Notes: generated by a model from the letters alone, not told the origin. A stretch of 64,000 nucleotides of DNA from an uncultured beta proteobacterium (GCA_963743935.1 CAVURQ010000005.1:34625-98624); one strand, 5' to 3'. Positions 9,326 to 20,427 are shown, counted from the stretch's first letter. Program-made: numbers and translations.

Positions 9326-10635
9326 CAGGACGCAGCGTTTTCGTAGGCCACGCTCCCGGCCACCAGCGTGGCGCGCACACGGCCGGGCAGCGCCATGCCG
9401 GTGCCTGCAAAACTGAAGGGCGTGTGCGTGCCCTGGCTCTTCAGCATGCCCGGCTGCAGACGCCAGACGGTGGCCGGATCGAAGACGCAGACGTCGGCCA
9501 CGCCCCCTTCGACCAGCCTGCCCGCGCTGGCGGACAGGGAGCCGAGCGCGTCGCCGAGCACACGCACCGGCCCGCAGCTGACGCGTGCCAGCGTGTCGCC
9601 CAAGGACAGGCCGGCATCGTCACCCCACTTCAGCGCCAGGCTCAACAACAACTCCAGCCCGGTGGCGCCGGGCTCGGCTTCGCCGAAAGGCAGGGTCTTG
9701 GCATCGTCGTCGACCGGGTTGTGGTCGGACACCAGCGCGTCAAGCGTGCCATCGGCCAGCGCCTTGCGCAGCGCGTCGCGATCGGCGCCCTGGCGCAGGG
9801 GCGGCGTCAGGCGCATGTCGGCATTGAAGTAGCCGATGTCGACATCGCTGAGGTGCAGCGAATTGATGCTCACGTCGGCCGTGACCGGCAGGCCCTCGGC
9901 CTTGGCCGCGCGCAGCAGCGCCACGCCCGCGGCGCTGCTGAGGCGGCACAGGTGCACACGCGCGCCGGTGGCACGCATCAGCTCGAAGATGGTGTGCAGC
10001 GCGATCGTCTCGGCCGCCACCGGCACACCCGACAGGCCCAGCCGCGTGGCCACCGCGCCACTGGCCGCCACGCCTTTGCCGAGAAACGCATCCTGCGGCC
10101 GCAGCCAGACGCTGAAGCCGAAGGTGGCGGCGTATTGCAGCGCGCGCTGCAGCACCAGGTTGTCGGCCAGTGCCACGTCAGCCTGGGAAAAACCGACACA
10201 GCCGGCTTCGGTGAGCTCGGCCATCTCGGTCAGCACCTCGCCGGCCAGGCCACGCGTCAACGCACCCAGCGGGAACAGCCGGCAGCGGCTCAACTTGCGC
10301 GCGCGGAACTTCAGCATCTCCACCAGCCCGGGCTGGTCGAGCGGCGGTTCGGTGTCCGGCGGGCACACCAGGCTGGTGATGCCGCCGGCCGCCGCAGCCT
10401 GCAGCTCGCTCTCCAGCATGCCCTGGTGTTCGCGCCCCGGCTCGCGCAGCCGTGCGGCCAGGTCCACCAGGCCGGGTGCGACCACCAGGCCCGTGGCGTC
10501 GATCTCGCGCTCGGCGCCGAACTCGATGATCTGGCCGATGGCCACGATGCGCCCCGAGGCGATGGCCAGGTCGGCCACCTCGTCGCGGCCCGAGGCCGGG
10601 TCGACGACGCGCCCGTTTCGGATGAGGATCTTCAT
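9325..10635 (-). CDS. pyrC: Dihydroorotase-like protein (PyrC', probably non-catalytic ATCase partner)
   Basis: [27 protein letters not shown] (HxH metal motif absent), PPLR, LVSDHNP; directly downstream of pyrB. Confidence 0.88.
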   Translation of the reverse strand: MKILIRNGRVVDPASGRDEVADLAIASGRIVAIGQIIEFGAEREIDATGLVVAPGLVDLAARLREPGREHQGMLESELQAAAAGGITSLVCPPDTEPPLDQPGLVEMLKFRARKLSRCRLFPLGALTRGLAGEVLTEMAELTEAGCVGFSQADVALADNLVLQRALQYAATFGFSVWLRPQDAFLGKGVAASGAVATRLGLSGVPVAAETIALHTIFELMRATGARVHLCRLSSAAGVALLRAAKAEGLPVTADVSINSLHLSDVDIGYFNADMRLTPPLRQGADRDALRKALADGTLDALVSDHNPVDDDAKTLPFGEAEPGATGLELLLSLALKWGDDAGLSLGDTLARVSCGPVRVLGDALGSLSASAGRLVEGGVADVCVFDPATVWRLQPGMLKSQGTHTPFSFAGTGMALPGRVRATLVAGSVAYENAAS

Positions 10636-11594
10636 GCCTCGTTGCCAGCGATGATCGACATCACCGCCATGCGCACCGCGATGCCGAAGGTCACCTGCGG
10701 CAGGATCACGCTGTGTGCGCCGTCGGCCACCGCCGAGTCGATCTCGACGCCGCGGTTGATGGGCCCCGGGTGCATGACGATGGCGTCGCTCTTGGCGCGT
10801 GCCAGCTTGTCGGGGTTCAGGCCATAGCTCTTGGCGAACTCGGCCGCGCTGGGCAGCATGGCCCCGCTCATGCGCTCGTTCTGCAGGCGCAGCATGATGA
10901 TCACGTCGGCCCCTTCGATGCCTTCGGCCATGTCGTGGCATACCCGCACACCCATCGCGGCCAGGTCGCCGGGCACCAGGGTCTTCGGCCCGACGGCGCG
11001 GATCTCGGGCACACCCAAAGTCGTCAGCGCGTGGATGTCGGAACGCGCCACACGCGAATGCACGATGTCGCCGACGATGGCCACCACCAGATTGGAGAAA
11101 TCCTGCTTGTAGTGGCGGATGGTGTACATGTCCAGCAGCCCCTGCGTCGGGTGCGCATGGCGCCCGTCGCCGGCATTCACCACGTGCACGTGCGGCGCAC
11201 AGTGCTGCGCGATCAGGTAGGGCGCGCCGCTTTCGCTGTGACGCACGACAAACATGTCGGCATGCATGGCCGACAGGTTGGCGATGGTGTCGAGCAGGCT
11301 CTCGCCCTTGGCCGCGCTGCTGCGCGCGATGTCCAGGTTGATGACGTCGGCGCTCAGCCGCTTGGCGGCGATCTCGAAGGTGGTGCGCGTGCGCGTGCTG
11401 TTCTCGAAGAACAGGTTGAACACGCTCTTGCCGCGCAGCAGCGGCACCTTCTTCACCTCGCGGTCGTTGACGCTGAGAAAGGTGCCGGCGGTGTCGAGAA
11501 TCTGCGTCAGCACCGCGCGGGGCAGGCCTTCGATCGACAGCAGGTGGATCAGCTCACCATGGGCGTTGAGCTGTGGGTTGCGGCGCTGGAGCAT
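10632..11594 (-). CDS. pyrB: Aspartate carbamoyltransferase catalytic subunit
   Basis: [41 protein letters not shown]. Confidence 0.97.
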   Translation of the reverse strand: MLQRRNPQLNAHGELIHLLSIEGLPRAVLTQILDTAGTFLSVNDREVKKVPLLRGKSVFNLFFENSTRTRTTFEIAAKRLSADVINLDIARSSAAKGESLLDTIANLSAMHADMFVVRHSESGAPYLIAQHCAPHVHVVNAGDGRHAHPTQGLLDMYTIRHYKQDFSNLVVAIVGDIVHSRVARSDIHALTTLGVPEIRAVGPKTLVPGDLAAMGVRVCHDMAEGIEGADVIIMLRLQNERMSGAMLPSAAEFAKSYGLNPDKLARAKSDAIVMHPGPINRGVEIDSAVADGAHSVILPQVTFGIAVRMAVMSIIAGNEA

Positions 11595-12097
11595 CAGGCT
11601 TGACCCTTGACGCTGAAGGAAAAGCGGCCTGCCGCATCGCGCGCCAGCGTCATCTTCTGCGTAGCCGGCAGCACCAGCCGCGCCGCAGCGTAGGCTGCTT
11701 GAATCGGCAGTTCGCGCCCGCCACGGTCCACCAGCACCGCCAGGCTCACGCTGGCCGGGCGGCCGAAGTCGTAGAGCTCGTTGATCACCGCGCGGATGGT
11801 GCGCCCGGTGTAGAGCACGTCGTCGATGAGCAGGATGTGGCTGCCGTCGATGGCAAAAGGCAGCTTGGTGGCGTCGGTGCCGGCGGCCATGCCGCGGGAG
11901 CTGAAGTCGTCGCGGTGCAGGGTGCTGGAGATGACACCCGCCGCGCCCGGGCGCCCCAGGTCGGCCTGCAGCCGCTCCGCCAGCCAGGCACCGCCCGACC
12001 AGATGCCGACGAGCACGCTCTCGGGCTTGAGCAGCGCGCGCACGCCGGCCAGCAACTCGACATAGAGCGCCTCGGCATCGAGCGACAGGGCGCTCAT
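11594..12097 (-). CDS. pyrR: Pyrimidine regulatory protein / uracil PRTase PyrR
   Basis: [31 protein letters not shown]. Confidence 0.93.
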   Translation of the reverse strand: MSALSLDAEALYVELLAGVRALLKPESVLVGIWSGGAWLAERLQADLGRPGAAGVISSTLHRDDFSSRGMAAGTDATKLPFAIDGSHILLIDDVLYTGRTIRAVINELYDFGRPASVSLAVLVDRGGRELPIQAAYAAARLVLPATQKMTLARDAAGRFSFSVKGQA

Positions 12098-12504
12098 GGC
12101 AACGTGCGCAGAAATTGATCGAGGATCACCGCCGCGGAGGCCGCATCCACGTCGGTGGCCCCCTGGCTCAGCGCCTCGGTGGTGCTGTAGCGCTCGTCGA
12201 CCTCGCTCACCGGCAGCTGAAAGCGCCCCTGCAACTGGCGCCCGAAGCGGCGCGCGCGTTGTGTGTTGTCGTGCGCCGCGCCGTCCGGATGAAAGGGCAC
12301 GCCGACCACCAGCGCCGCCGGCTGCCATTCGTGCACCAGCGCCTCGATCGCGGCAAAACGGGCCTCGCCCTGCAGCGCGACCGTCTTCAGCGGCTGCGCG
12401 CGGCGCAGCATGGAGTTGCCCACCGCGACGCCGACGCGGCGTATGCCGAAATCGAAGGCCAGAAAGGACTGCGGACGCGAAGGCGCGGCAGTCATCCCGC
12501 TCAT
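12094..12504 (-). CDS. ruvX: YqgF/RuvX-family nuclease
   Basis: [41 protein letters not shown]; C-terminal part of ORF 12094..14706. Confidence 0.92.
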   Translation of the reverse strand: MSGMTAAPSRPQSFLAFDFGIRRVGVAVGNSMLRRAQPLKTVALQGEARFAAIEALVHEWQPAALVVGVPFHPDGAAHDNTQRARRFGRQLQGRFQLPVSEVDERYSTTEALSQGATDVDAASAAVILDQFLRTLP

Positions 12505-13079
12505 GCGTGCCCGGCTTCCTGCGACAGCATGCGCGGGTCGAAGCCCAGCAGCGACAGTGCGCGCTCGTAGCGCTGCTCGATGGGCGTGTCGAAGATCACC
12601 GCCGGATCGGCATCCACCGTGAGCCAGCCGTTGCGCCCGAGTTCGTCTTCGAGTTGACCGGCGGACCAGCCGCTGTAACCCAGCGTGATGAGGATGCGCC
12701 GCGGGCCGGTGCCGTTGGCCAGGTCCTCGAGCACATCCTTGCTGGTCGTCATGTCCAGCCCGCCCGGCACCGACAGCGTGGAGTTGTATTGCGCCGCGTC
12801 GGCGCCGCGCTTGTCGTGCAGCACGAAGCCACGCTCGGTCTGCACCGGGCCGCCGTAGAACACCGGCTGCACGGCCAGCTCTTCGCGTTCCAGGCTCAGT
12901 TCGACCTTGGCGAACAGGCTTTTCACGTTGATGTCGATCGGCTTGTTGATGACCAGCCCGAGCGCACCGCGTTCGCTGTGCTCGCACAGGTACACCACCG
13001 TGCCGGCAAAGCTGTCGTCCAGCATGCCGGGCATGGCTATCAGGAACTGGTTGCTGAGGTTGAAAGTACCGCTCTCCAT
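12501..13079 (-). CDS. yqgE: YqgE/AlgH family protein
   Basis: FLIAMP, GALGLVINKP, GGPVQTERGFVLH, LGYSGWSAGQLEDE, EAGHA C-terminus. Confidence 0.93.
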   Translation of the reverse strand: MESGTFNLSNQFLIAMPGMLDDSFAGTVVYLCEHSERGALGLVINKPIDINVKSLFAKVELSLEREELAVQPVFYGGPVQTERGFVLHDKRGADAAQYNSTLSVPGGLDMTTSKDVLEDLANGTGPRRILITLGYSGWSAGQLEDELGRNGWLTVDADPAVIFDTPIEQRYERALSLLGFDPRMLSQEAGHA

Positions 13080-13167
13080 GTACGCATTTTATTCCCGCGG
13101 CCCGCCCGGGGTTGTGGACAGATGAATCAAACTCGCGCACTTCAGCTGAGAACCCCTCCAGCCCGAC

Positions 13168-14655
13168 GTGAACAAACCCCTCGACCGCGCCTTGGTGTGG
13201 TTGCGGCGCGATCTGCGCGCCGACGACCATGCCGCGCTTTACCACGCCTTGCGCGCCGCCCGCCAGGTGGCCTGTGTGTTCGTCTTCGACCGCGACATTC
13301 TCGATGCCCTGCCGCGCCAGGACCGGCGCGTGGAATTCATCCGCGACAGCCTGGTCGGGCTGGATGCGCAACTGCGCGCACTGGCCGGTGCGCACGGCAT
13401 CGACGGCGCCGGGCTCATCGTGCGCCATGGCCATGCCGTCGAAGAGATCACGGCGCTGGCGACGCAGTGGCATGCGCAGGCGGTCTACGCCAACCACGAC
13501 GACGACCCGGCGGCGCTGGCGCGCGATGCCAAGGTGCGCGGCAAGCTGGCGGACATCGGCGTGGCGCTGCACACCTCGAAGGACCACGTGGTGTTCGAAC
13601 GCGGCGAATTGCTCACACTCGGCGGCAACCCTTACAGCGTGTTCACACCCTACAAGAATGCCTGGCTGAAGAAGGTCGACCCGTTCTACCTCAAGGCCTA
13701 CCCTGTGGCGCACCATGCCGGCGCGCTGGCCGCGCTGCCGGATGGCCTGGCCCCGGCGCTGCCCACGCTGGCGCAGATCGGCTTCGAGCCCAGCAACCTG
13801 CACGCACTGAAGCTGCCGAGCGGCAGCGTCGGCGCACTGGAACTGCTGGACGATTTCCTGCCCGAGCGCATCGGCCGCTACCACGAGACACGCGACTTTC
13901 CAGCCGTCAAGGGCCCGAGCTATCTGAGCACGCACCTGCGCTTCGGCACGGTGTCGATCCGCCATCTGGCGCGCGAGGCCTGGCAGCGTTGCCACGCAGG
14001 GCCGGACACACGCGGCGCGGCGACATGGCTGTCCGAGCTGATCTGGCGCGATTTCTACCACCAGATCCTGCACCACCACCCGCATGTGGTCGGCCATGCC
14101 TTCAAGCCCGAGTTCGAGCGCATCAAGTGGGAACACGGCAAGCACGCCGACGAGCTTTTCAGCGCCTGGTGCCAGGGCCGCACCGGCTACCCGCTGGTGG
14201 ACGCGGCCATGCACCAGATCAACCAGACCGGCTACATGCACAACCGGCTGCGCATGGTGGTGGCCAGTTTCCTGGTGAAGGATCTGGGCATCGACTGGCG
14301 ACGCGGCGAGGCCTACTTCGCCGAGCACCTGAACGACTACGACCTGGCGGCCAACAACGGCGGCTGGCAGTGGGCGGCCTCCACCGGCTGCGACGCGCAG
14401 CCGTGGTTTCGCATCTTCAACCCGGTGACGCAGAGCGAGAAGTTCGACGCCGCGGGCAAGTTCATCCGCCGCTACCTGCCGCAGCTGGCCGCCCTGCCCG
14501 ACTCTGCGGTCCATGCACCATGGCTGGCGCGGCCGATCGACCTGGCTGCAGCCAAGGTCGCGCTGGGCAAGGACTATCCGATGCCGGTGGTGATGCACGA
14601 CGCGGCGCGTGAGCGTACCTTGCAGCGCTACGCCGCGGTCAAGGCCAATCGTTGA
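13168..14655 (+). CDS. phrB: Class I CPD DNA photolyase
   Basis: WLRRDLRADD, SYLSTHLRFG, ELIWRDFY, GRTGYPLVDAAM, HNRLRM, DLAANNGGWQW, RIFNP. Confidence 0.95.
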   Translation: MNKPLDRALVWLRRDLRADDHAALYHALRAARQVACVFVFDRDILDALPRQDRRVEFIRDSLVGLDAQLRALAGAHGIDGAGLIVRHGHAVEEITALATQWHAQAVYANHDDDPAALARDAKVRGKLADIGVALHTSKDHVVFERGELLTLGGNPYSVFTPYKNAWLKKVDPFYLKAYPVAHHAGALAALPDGLAPALPTLAQIGFEPSNLHALKLPSGSVGALELLDDFLPERIGRYHETRDFPAVKGPSYLSTHLRFGTVSIRHLAREAWQRCHAGPDTRGAATWLSELIWRDFYHQILHHHPHVVGHAFKPEFERIKWEHGKHADELFSAWCQGRTGYPLVDAAMHQINQTGYMHNRLRMVVASFLVKDLGIDWRRGEAYFAEHLNDYDLAANNGGWQWAASTGCDAQPWFRIFNPVTQSEKFDAAGKFIRRYLPQLAALPDSAVHAPWLARPIDLAAAKVALGKDYPMPVVMHDAARERTLQRYAAVKANR

Positions 14656-14742
14656 GTTCGGTAGAGCATCACTGCGGCGACCAGTCAAGCGCTGCACGCA
14701 GCTCACGACGATGGCACGGGTCAGCCAGAACGTGGCTTCGAA

Positions 14743-16659
14743 TCAAGCGCGTGGCAACGTGATGGTGAAGGTGGAGCCGACGCCACTTTCGCTGCTGACC
14801 TGGATGCGCCCTTGCATCAGTGTCACCAGCGCCTGCGTCACGCTCAGGCCGATGCCGGTGCCCTCGATGCCGCCGCGCGCCTGCGCTAGGCGGTTGAAGG
14901 GCTCGAACAGGTGCGGCATGTCGGCCGCGTCGATGCCCACGCCGGTGTCGTGCACACGAACCGACAGTCTCGCCTGGCCGTCGACCGGGGCCGCCTGGGC
15001 GATCAGCAATTCCACGCTGCCACCGCTGCGGTTGTACTTGATGGCGTTGGACAGCAGATTCAGCAGCACCTGACGCAACCGCGTACGGTCGGCGCGCGCG
15101 GCCAAGTCCTTGGTGTCGATCTGCAGGCTCACGCGCACCTTCGCCGCCTCGGCCAGCGGGCGCAACATGTCGACGACTTCGTCCGCCAGCGCGCGCATCG
15201 GCACCGCATCGATCTGCACCTGCAGCGTGCCGCTTTCGATGCGTGTCAGATCGAGCAGGTCGCCGATCATCTGCAGCAGGTGCTCGCCCGCTTCGCGGAT
15301 CAGCTTCACGCGGCGGCGCTGGCCTTCGCTCAAGCGCTCAGCACGATCGATCTCCAGCAGCTGCGAAAAACCGAGCACCGCGTTCAGCGGCGTGCGCAGT
15401 TCATGGCTCATGCGCGACAGGAATTCGGTCTTGGCGCGGTTCGCCGCTTCGGCGGCGGCCTTGTCCTGGCGCGCGCGTTCCAGCTCGCGCAGCTCGGTCA
15501 CGTCGTGCATGTAGCCGTGCCACACCGTGCTGCCGTCGGCAGCGCGTGAGGGCGATGACGTGGCCCGCATCCACCGGGGTCCGTCGGCGCCCACGTTGAC
15601 GCGAAACTCCCATTGCCACAGCGACAGCGCATGTGCCGACTCGATGATGCTGGCGGTCACGCTCTCGCGGTCGGCGTCGTCGATGCGATTCATCAGCTCT
15701 GCGGCATTCACCGCTGCGAGCGCTGGGTCCAGCCCGAGCAGCGTGCGTGCACGTTCGCTCATGTAGGGGAATCGCGGTGTGAAGTCGGCGTCCAGCTCGA
15801 ACTGGTAGAGGATGCCCGGCACGTGCTGGGCAATGCGCTCCAGCCGGGCCGCGGCCTGCGAGGCCGCATGTTCGCGCTCGCGCTCTTCGGAAATGTCGGT
15901 CTGCGTGCCCACCATGCGCATCGGCCGGCCGTCGGCATGCCATTCGACGATGCGCCCGCGCTCCTGGTACCAGCGCCAGCGGCCGTCGCGCGCACGGATG
16001 CGGTAGGCGTGTTCGTACACGTCCACCTCGCCGCGCGCGTGGCGCAGGTAGGCCTCGTGGTTGCCTGCCACATCGTCCGCATGGATCAGGCGGTCCCAGT
16101 CGCGTTGCGTGCGGCCCAGCTCGGCGGTGTCGTAGCCCAGTTGTTCCAGACCCTGATCGATGTCGCTCAAGCTGTCGGAGTCGATGTCCCATTCCCACAC
16201 GAAGGTACCGGCGCCCTGCAGCGCGCTGCGGATCATCTCGATGTAGCCGGCGCGCGGCGGGGCCTGCTGCGCGGCCGCTTCGTTCAGCAGCAGCGCCGCC
16301 GCTGCCACGCACACCGGCTCGAGCGCTTGCGCCAGCGCGAGCGCATCGCTCGCCTGGCAGCGCAACTCGAGTGTGCCCACATGCTGCCCCAGGCGCGACA
16401 GCGGCAGCCGCACGGCTTGCACGGCGGGAGTCACAGAGTGCTGCGAAGGCAGTCCCGGCGAGGCCTGCATGTCCCAGCGCGCCGTCCCGTCGGCATGTTG
16501 GGCGAAGAGATGGCAAGCCTGGCCCAGGCGCTGCGCCAATGCGCTCAGCAGCATCTGCAACGCATGGCGCGCATCGCCGCGGTTCACGTGGTCGAGCAAG
16601 GCCACATGGGCCAGCGCGTGCCATTCGCCGGCGTCGCTGCCGGGCGCGTCGAACGTCAT
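14743..16659 (-). CDS. Cytoplasmic PAS-PAS sensor histidine kinase
   Basis: Two PAS_3-like domains, FLSRMSHELRTPLNAVLGF, NLLSNAIKYN, DTGVGI, GTGIGL; no receiver domain and no obvious TM segment. Confidence 0.9.
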   Translation of the reverse strand: MTFDAPGSDAGEWHALAHVALLDHVNRGDARHALQMLLSALAQRLGQACHLFAQHADGTARWDMQASPGLPSQHSVTPAVQAVRLPLSRLGQHVGTLELRCQASDALALAQALEPVCVAAAALLLNEAAAQQAPPRAGYIEMIRSALQGAGTFVWEWDIDSDSLSDIDQGLEQLGYDTAELGRTQRDWDRLIHADDVAGNHEAYLRHARGEVDVYEHAYRIRARDGRWRWYQERGRIVEWHADGRPMRMVGTQTDISEEREREHAASQAAARLERIAQHVPGILYQFELDADFTPRFPYMSERARTLLGLDPALAAVNAAELMNRIDDADRESVTASIIESAHALSLWQWEFRVNVGADGPRWMRATSSPSRAADGSTVWHGYMHDVTELRELERARQDKAAAEAANRAKTEFLSRMSHELRTPLNAVLGFSQLLEIDRAERLSEGQRRRVKLIREAGEHLLQMIGDLLDLTRIESGTLQVQIDAVPMRALADEVVDMLRPLAEAAKVRVSLQIDTKDLAARADRTRLRQVLLNLLSNAIKYNRSGGSVELLIAQAAPVDGQARLSVRVHDTGVGIDAADMPHLFEPFNRLAQARGGIEGTGIGLSVTQALVTLMQGRIQVSSESGVGSTFTITLPRA

Positions 16660-16670
16660 GGCCGGGAGAT

Positions 16671-16877
16671 TCAATGCGCGGCGTGCACTTTCTCGCCGGC
16701 CTTGAGCCGGTAGACCGTGCCGCAATAGGGGCACTTGCCTTCGCCGGTGGTGACCACGTCGATGAAGACGCGCGGGTGGTTGCTCCACAGCGGCATGGCC
16801 GGGTTCGGGCAGAAGACCACGCCGGGGCCCTGCAGGTCCTTGGCCAGGACCTCGATGACCGGGCTGTTGTCGCTCAT
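16671..16877 (-). CDS. Small zinc-finger (zf-CHCC) protein
   Basis: FCP…HPRVFI…CPYCG; follows ilvE. Confidence 0.85.
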   Translation of the reverse strand: MSDNSPVIEVLAKDLQGPGVVFCPNPAMPLWSNHPRVFIDVVTTGEGKCPYCGTVYRLKAGEKVHAAH

Positions 16878-16888
16878 CTTCCTGCCCC

Positions 16889-17813
16889 TCAGACCCGGCT
16901 CAGCCATTCGGCGTACTTCGGGTTGCGGCCGTTGACGATGTCGAAGAAGGCCGACTGGATCTTCTCGGTGATGGGGCCACGCGAGCCCTGGCCCAGCTCG
17001 ATGCGGTCGAGCTCGCGGATCGGCGTGACCTCGGCCGCGGTGCCGGTGAAGAAGGCCTCGTCGCAGATATAGACCTCGTCGCGCGTGAGGCGCTTTTCCA
17101 CCAGCTTCAAGCCCAGGTCGGCGCAGATGGCGAAGATGGTGTCGCGCGTGATGCCGTTCAGCGCGCCGGCCGACAGGTCGGGCGTGTAGACCACGCCCTT
17201 CTTGATGACGAACAGGTTCTCGCCCGCGCCTTCGGAGACGAAGCCGCTGGCGTCGAGCAGCAGCGCCTCGTCGTAGCCGTCGTCCAGCGCCTCCATGTTG
17301 GCCAGGATCGAATTCGTGTAGTTGCTCACCGCCTTGGCCTGCGTCATCGTGATGTTGACGTGGTGGCGGGTGTAGCTGCTGGTCTTGACGCGGATGCCGC
17401 GCTTCAGGCCCTCTTCACCCAGATAGGCGCCCCAGGGCCAGGCCGCGACCATCAGGTGGATGGTGTTGCCCTTGGGGCTGACGCCGAGCTTCTCGCTGCC
17501 GATCCACACCAGCGGGCGCAGGTAGCAGCTCTCGAGCTTGTTGACGCGCACCACCTCGCGCTGCGCGTCCACCACCTGCTCGAAGGTGTAGGGGATCTTC
17601 ATGCGCAGGATCTTGGCGCTGTTGAACAGCCGCTCGGTGTGCTCCTGCAGCCGGAAGATCGCCGTGCCGTTGCACGGTGTTGTAGGCGCGCACGCCCTCG
17701 AAGGCGCCGCAGCCGTAGTGCAGCGTGTGGGACAGCACGTGGATCTTGGCGTCGCGCCATTCGACCAGCTTGCCGTCCATCCAGATCTTGCCGTCGCGGT
17801 CGGACATGGACAT
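16889..17813 (-). CDS. ilvE: Branched-chain amino acid aminotransferase (frameshift near 17670)
   Basis: IWMDGKLVEWRDAKIHVLSHTLHYGCGAFEGVRAY joined to …EGAGENLF…GITR…FFTGTAAEVTP. Confidence 0.93.
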
Positions 17814-17920
17814 GGGGTGTCCTCGAAAGGGATGAGAAAAAATGATTCTACGGTGCGCCCCGGCGCGAATGTGGCCCCTGCGCCAACCCGCGCGAGGCGC
17901 AGGCGTTCATCAGTCGCGCC

Positions 17921-18325
17921 TCACGGGCCCGGTGGCGTGGCAGCGCCATCCGACTCGTTGCGATGCAGCGTCCACGACTGCAGCTTGCCGCCATCGAAGC
18001 TCAGCTGCACCTGGTCGCCGCCGCCATCGACCCAGCCCCAGCGTTCGGGCGATTCGGCCAGCCGTGTGCCCAGGCTGCGTGTCAGCACCAACACCTGCAT
18101 CAAGGTCATGCCGGTTTTCAGCTTGCTGTGCAGCATGACGGCGTTGTCCACATGGCCGATCGGTGCGCCGCTGGCGTTCTTCAGCACGCGCAGCGAACGG
18201 CTGAACTGCAGCAGCAGCCAGAACACGACCACCGTGACGGCCAGCACCACGCCCGGCCAACCCCAGCCCACGAAACCCGCGGCGATGCCCGCTGCAGCCA
18301 GACCCCAGCCGAGGATCGGGTTCAT
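17921..18325 (-). CDS. Conserved hypothetical membrane protein
   Basis: Two N-terminal hydrophobic segments, FWLLLQFSR, LTRSLG; coupled to the radA stop. Confidence 0.7.
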   Translation of the reverse strand: MNPILGWGLAAAGIAAGFVGWGWPGVVLAVTVVVFWLLLQFSRSLRVLKNASGAPIGHVDNAVMLHSKLKTGMTLMQVLVLTRSLGTRLAESPERWGWVDGGGDQVQLSFDGGKLQSWTLHRNESDGAATPPGP

Positions 18326-19683
18326 CAGGTCAATCCCCGCACCGCCTCGATGGCCTGTTCGATGCGCTCCACCGCGTGGATGGTCAGGCCCTCGATCGGC
18401 TTCTTCGGCGCATTGGCCTTGGGCACCACGGCCACGCTGAAGCCCAGCTTGGCGGCTTCCTTCAGGCGCTCCTGGCCCCGCGGTGCGGGACGCACCTCAC
18501 CGGCAAGACCGACCTCGCCGAAGGCGATGAAACCACGTGGCAGCGCCTTGCCACGCAGGCTGCCGTGGATCGCCAGCAACACCGCCAGATCGGCGGCCGG
18601 CTCGCTGATGCGCACGCCGCCCACCGCATTGACGAACACGTCCTGGTCCATGCACGACACACCCGCGTGCCGATGCAGCACGGCCAGCAGCATCGCCAGC
18701 CGGTCGCGCTCCAACCCCACCGACAGGCGGCGCGGGCTCGGCCCGCCCGAGTCGACCAGCGCCTGGATTTCCACCAGCAGCGGGCGCGTGCCTTCCAGCG
18801 TGACCAGCACGCACGAACCCGGCACCGGCTCGCCATGTGTGGACAGGAAGATCGCCGACGGGTTGGCCACGCCCTTCAGCCCCTTCTCGGTCATCGCGAA
18901 CACGCCGATCTCGTTGACCGCGCCGAAGCGGTTCTTGATGGCGCGCACCAGCCGAAAGCTGCTGTGCGTGTCGCCCTCGAAGTACAGCACCGTGTCGACG
19001 ATGTGCTCCAGCACACGCGGGCCGGCGAGCGTGCCGTCCTTCGTGACATGGCCGACGAGCACGATGCTGGTGCCGCTGGCCTTGGCATGGCGCGTCAGCT
19101 GCGCCGCGCATTCGCGCACCTGCGCCACCGAGCCGGGCGCCGAAGTCAGTTGATCCGAGTACAGCGTCTGGATCGAATCGATGACGCAGAAGGCCGGCGC
19201 CTCGGCCTGCAGGGCGTGGACGATCTTCTCCAGCTGGATCTCGGCAAGCACACGCACCTGCTTGCCGTCCAGCCCGAGGCGGCGCGCGCGCAGCGCCACT
19301 TGCGCGCCGCTTTCCTCGCCGGTGATGTAGAGCACGCTCATGTTCCTCGACAAGCTGTCTGCCGCCTGCAGCAGCAGCGTGCTCTTGCCGATGCCGGGGT
19401 CGCCGCCGATCAGCACCACACCGCCGCTGACGATGCCGCCGCCCAGGGCGCGGTCCAGTTCGTCCTGCCCGGTGGGCGTGCGCGGAATCTCCGCGACGAC
19501 GATCTCGCTCAGCGTGGCCACCGGCTGCGTGCCGCTCAGGGACTGGAATCGATGCGACGACGGCGCTTCGGCGCGCGCTTCCTGCAGCGTGTTCCAGGCG
19601 CCGCAGTGCGGGCACTTGCCCAGCCATTTCGGGTTGGCGCCGCCGCAATCGCTGCAGATGAACTGCGTCTTGTCCTTGGCCAT
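18325..19683 (-). CDS. radA: DNA repair protein RadA/Sms
   Basis: C4 Zn finger, GGDPGIGKST, KNRFG motif, Lon-like C-terminus. Confidence 0.97.
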   Translation of the reverse strand: MAKDKTQFICSDCGGANPKWLGKCPHCGAWNTLQEARAEAPSSHRFQSLSGTQPVATLSEIVVAEIPRTPTGQDELDRALGGGIVSGGVVLIGGDPGIGKSTLLLQAADSLSRNMSVLYITGEESGAQVALRARRLGLDGKQVRVLAEIQLEKIVHALQAEAPAFCVIDSIQTLYSDQLTSAPGSVAQVRECAAQLTRHAKASGTSIVLVGHVTKDGTLAGPRVLEHIVDTVLYFEGDTHSSFRLVRAIKNRFGAVNEIGVFAMTEKGLKGVANPSAIFLSTHGEPVPGSCVLVTLEGTRPLLVEIQALVDSGGPSPRRLSVGLERDRLAMLLAVLHRHAGVSCMDQDVFVNAVGGVRISEPAADLAVLLAIHGSLRGKALPRGFIAFGEVGLAGEVRPAPRGQERLKEAAKLGFSVAVVPKANAPKKPIEGLTIHAVERIEQAIEAVRGLT

Positions 19684-19727
19684 GGCCGGCATTGTCGCCG
19701 TCGCCACTGCGATGCCGTAGCGTCGCC

Positions 19728-20150
19728 CTACTCCGTCGCGACCTTGGCGCGAGCGACCTTGAGCTGCCCGCGCTGGCTCTTGCCTTCGAGCCTGCGCTGC
19801 TTGGCACCGAAGCTGGGGCGCGTGGCGCGCCGTGCCTTCGGCGGCAGGGCCACGTCGCGCACCATGTCGAGCAGCCGTTGCAGAGCGGCAGCGCGGTTCA
19901 TGTCCTGACTGCGGTGCGCCTGTGCCTTGATGACAACCACACCCTCGTCGGTGATGCGCTGGTCGCGCCGTTCGCGCAAGCGCGATTTCACATCCTCGGG
20001 CAGCGACGAGGCCACGATGTCGAAGCGCAGATGCACCGCGCTCGACACCTTGTTGACGTTCTGCCCGCCGGCGCCTTGCGCGCGGATGGCGGTGAAGGAC
20101 GACTCGGCTTCCAGCAGCGCCGCCAGCGAGTCGTCGTCGATCATCGCCAT
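19728..20150 (-). CDS. arfB: Alternative ribosome-rescue peptidyl-tRNA hydrolase
   Basis: GAGGQNVNKVSSAV, RSQDMNR, basic tail RRATRPS…RRLEGK. Confidence 0.92.
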   Translation of the reverse strand: MAMIDDDSLAALLEAESSFTAIRAQGAGGQNVNKVSSAVHLRFDIVASSLPEDVKSRLRERRDQRITDEGVVVIKAQAHRSQDMNRAAALQRLLDMVRDVALPPKARRATRPSFGAKQRRLEGKSQRGQLKVARAKVATE

Positions 20151-20178
20151 CGCAATGCCATTACCTGCCGGCGCGGCC

Positions 20179-20427
20179 TCACTTGTTGCTGCGCAGCTTG
20201 CCCACGACGAAGAGCAGCAGCACCGCGCCCAGCACCGACGCGATCCAGCCCGCACCCTGGCCCGGCTGGTACCAGCCCAAGGCGCCGCCAATGAAGCCGG
20301 CCAGCATCGAGCCGCCGATGCCGAGCAGGATGGTCAGGATCCAGCCCATCTTCTGTTCACCCGGCATGACAAAACGCGCCAGCGCGCCGATGACCAGGCC
20401 AACCAGGATGGTTCCGATGATGCCCAT
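20179..20427 (-). CDS. GlsB/YeaQ/YmgE (transglycosylase-associated) membrane protein
   Basis: MGIIGTILVGLVIGALARFVMPG…TILLGIGGS…ASVLGAVLLL; AAGGAG RBS. Confidence 0.9.
   Translation of the reverse strand: MGIIGTILVGLVIGALARFVMPGEQKMGWILTILLGIGGSMLAGFIGGALGWYQPGQGAGWIASVLGAVLLLFVVGKLRSNK

Noticed and set aside
13168-14655. Photolyase as part of the lipid operon's light-stress cluster
   Set aside because: It lies over 33 kb away among housekeeping genes, and I saw no shared upstream motif.
16889-17813. Programmed frameshifting or phase variation in ilvE, glnE, fahA and others
   Set aside because: No slippery heptamers or tandem-repeat tracts seen at the break points, and too many unrelated genes are affected; sequencing error is simpler.
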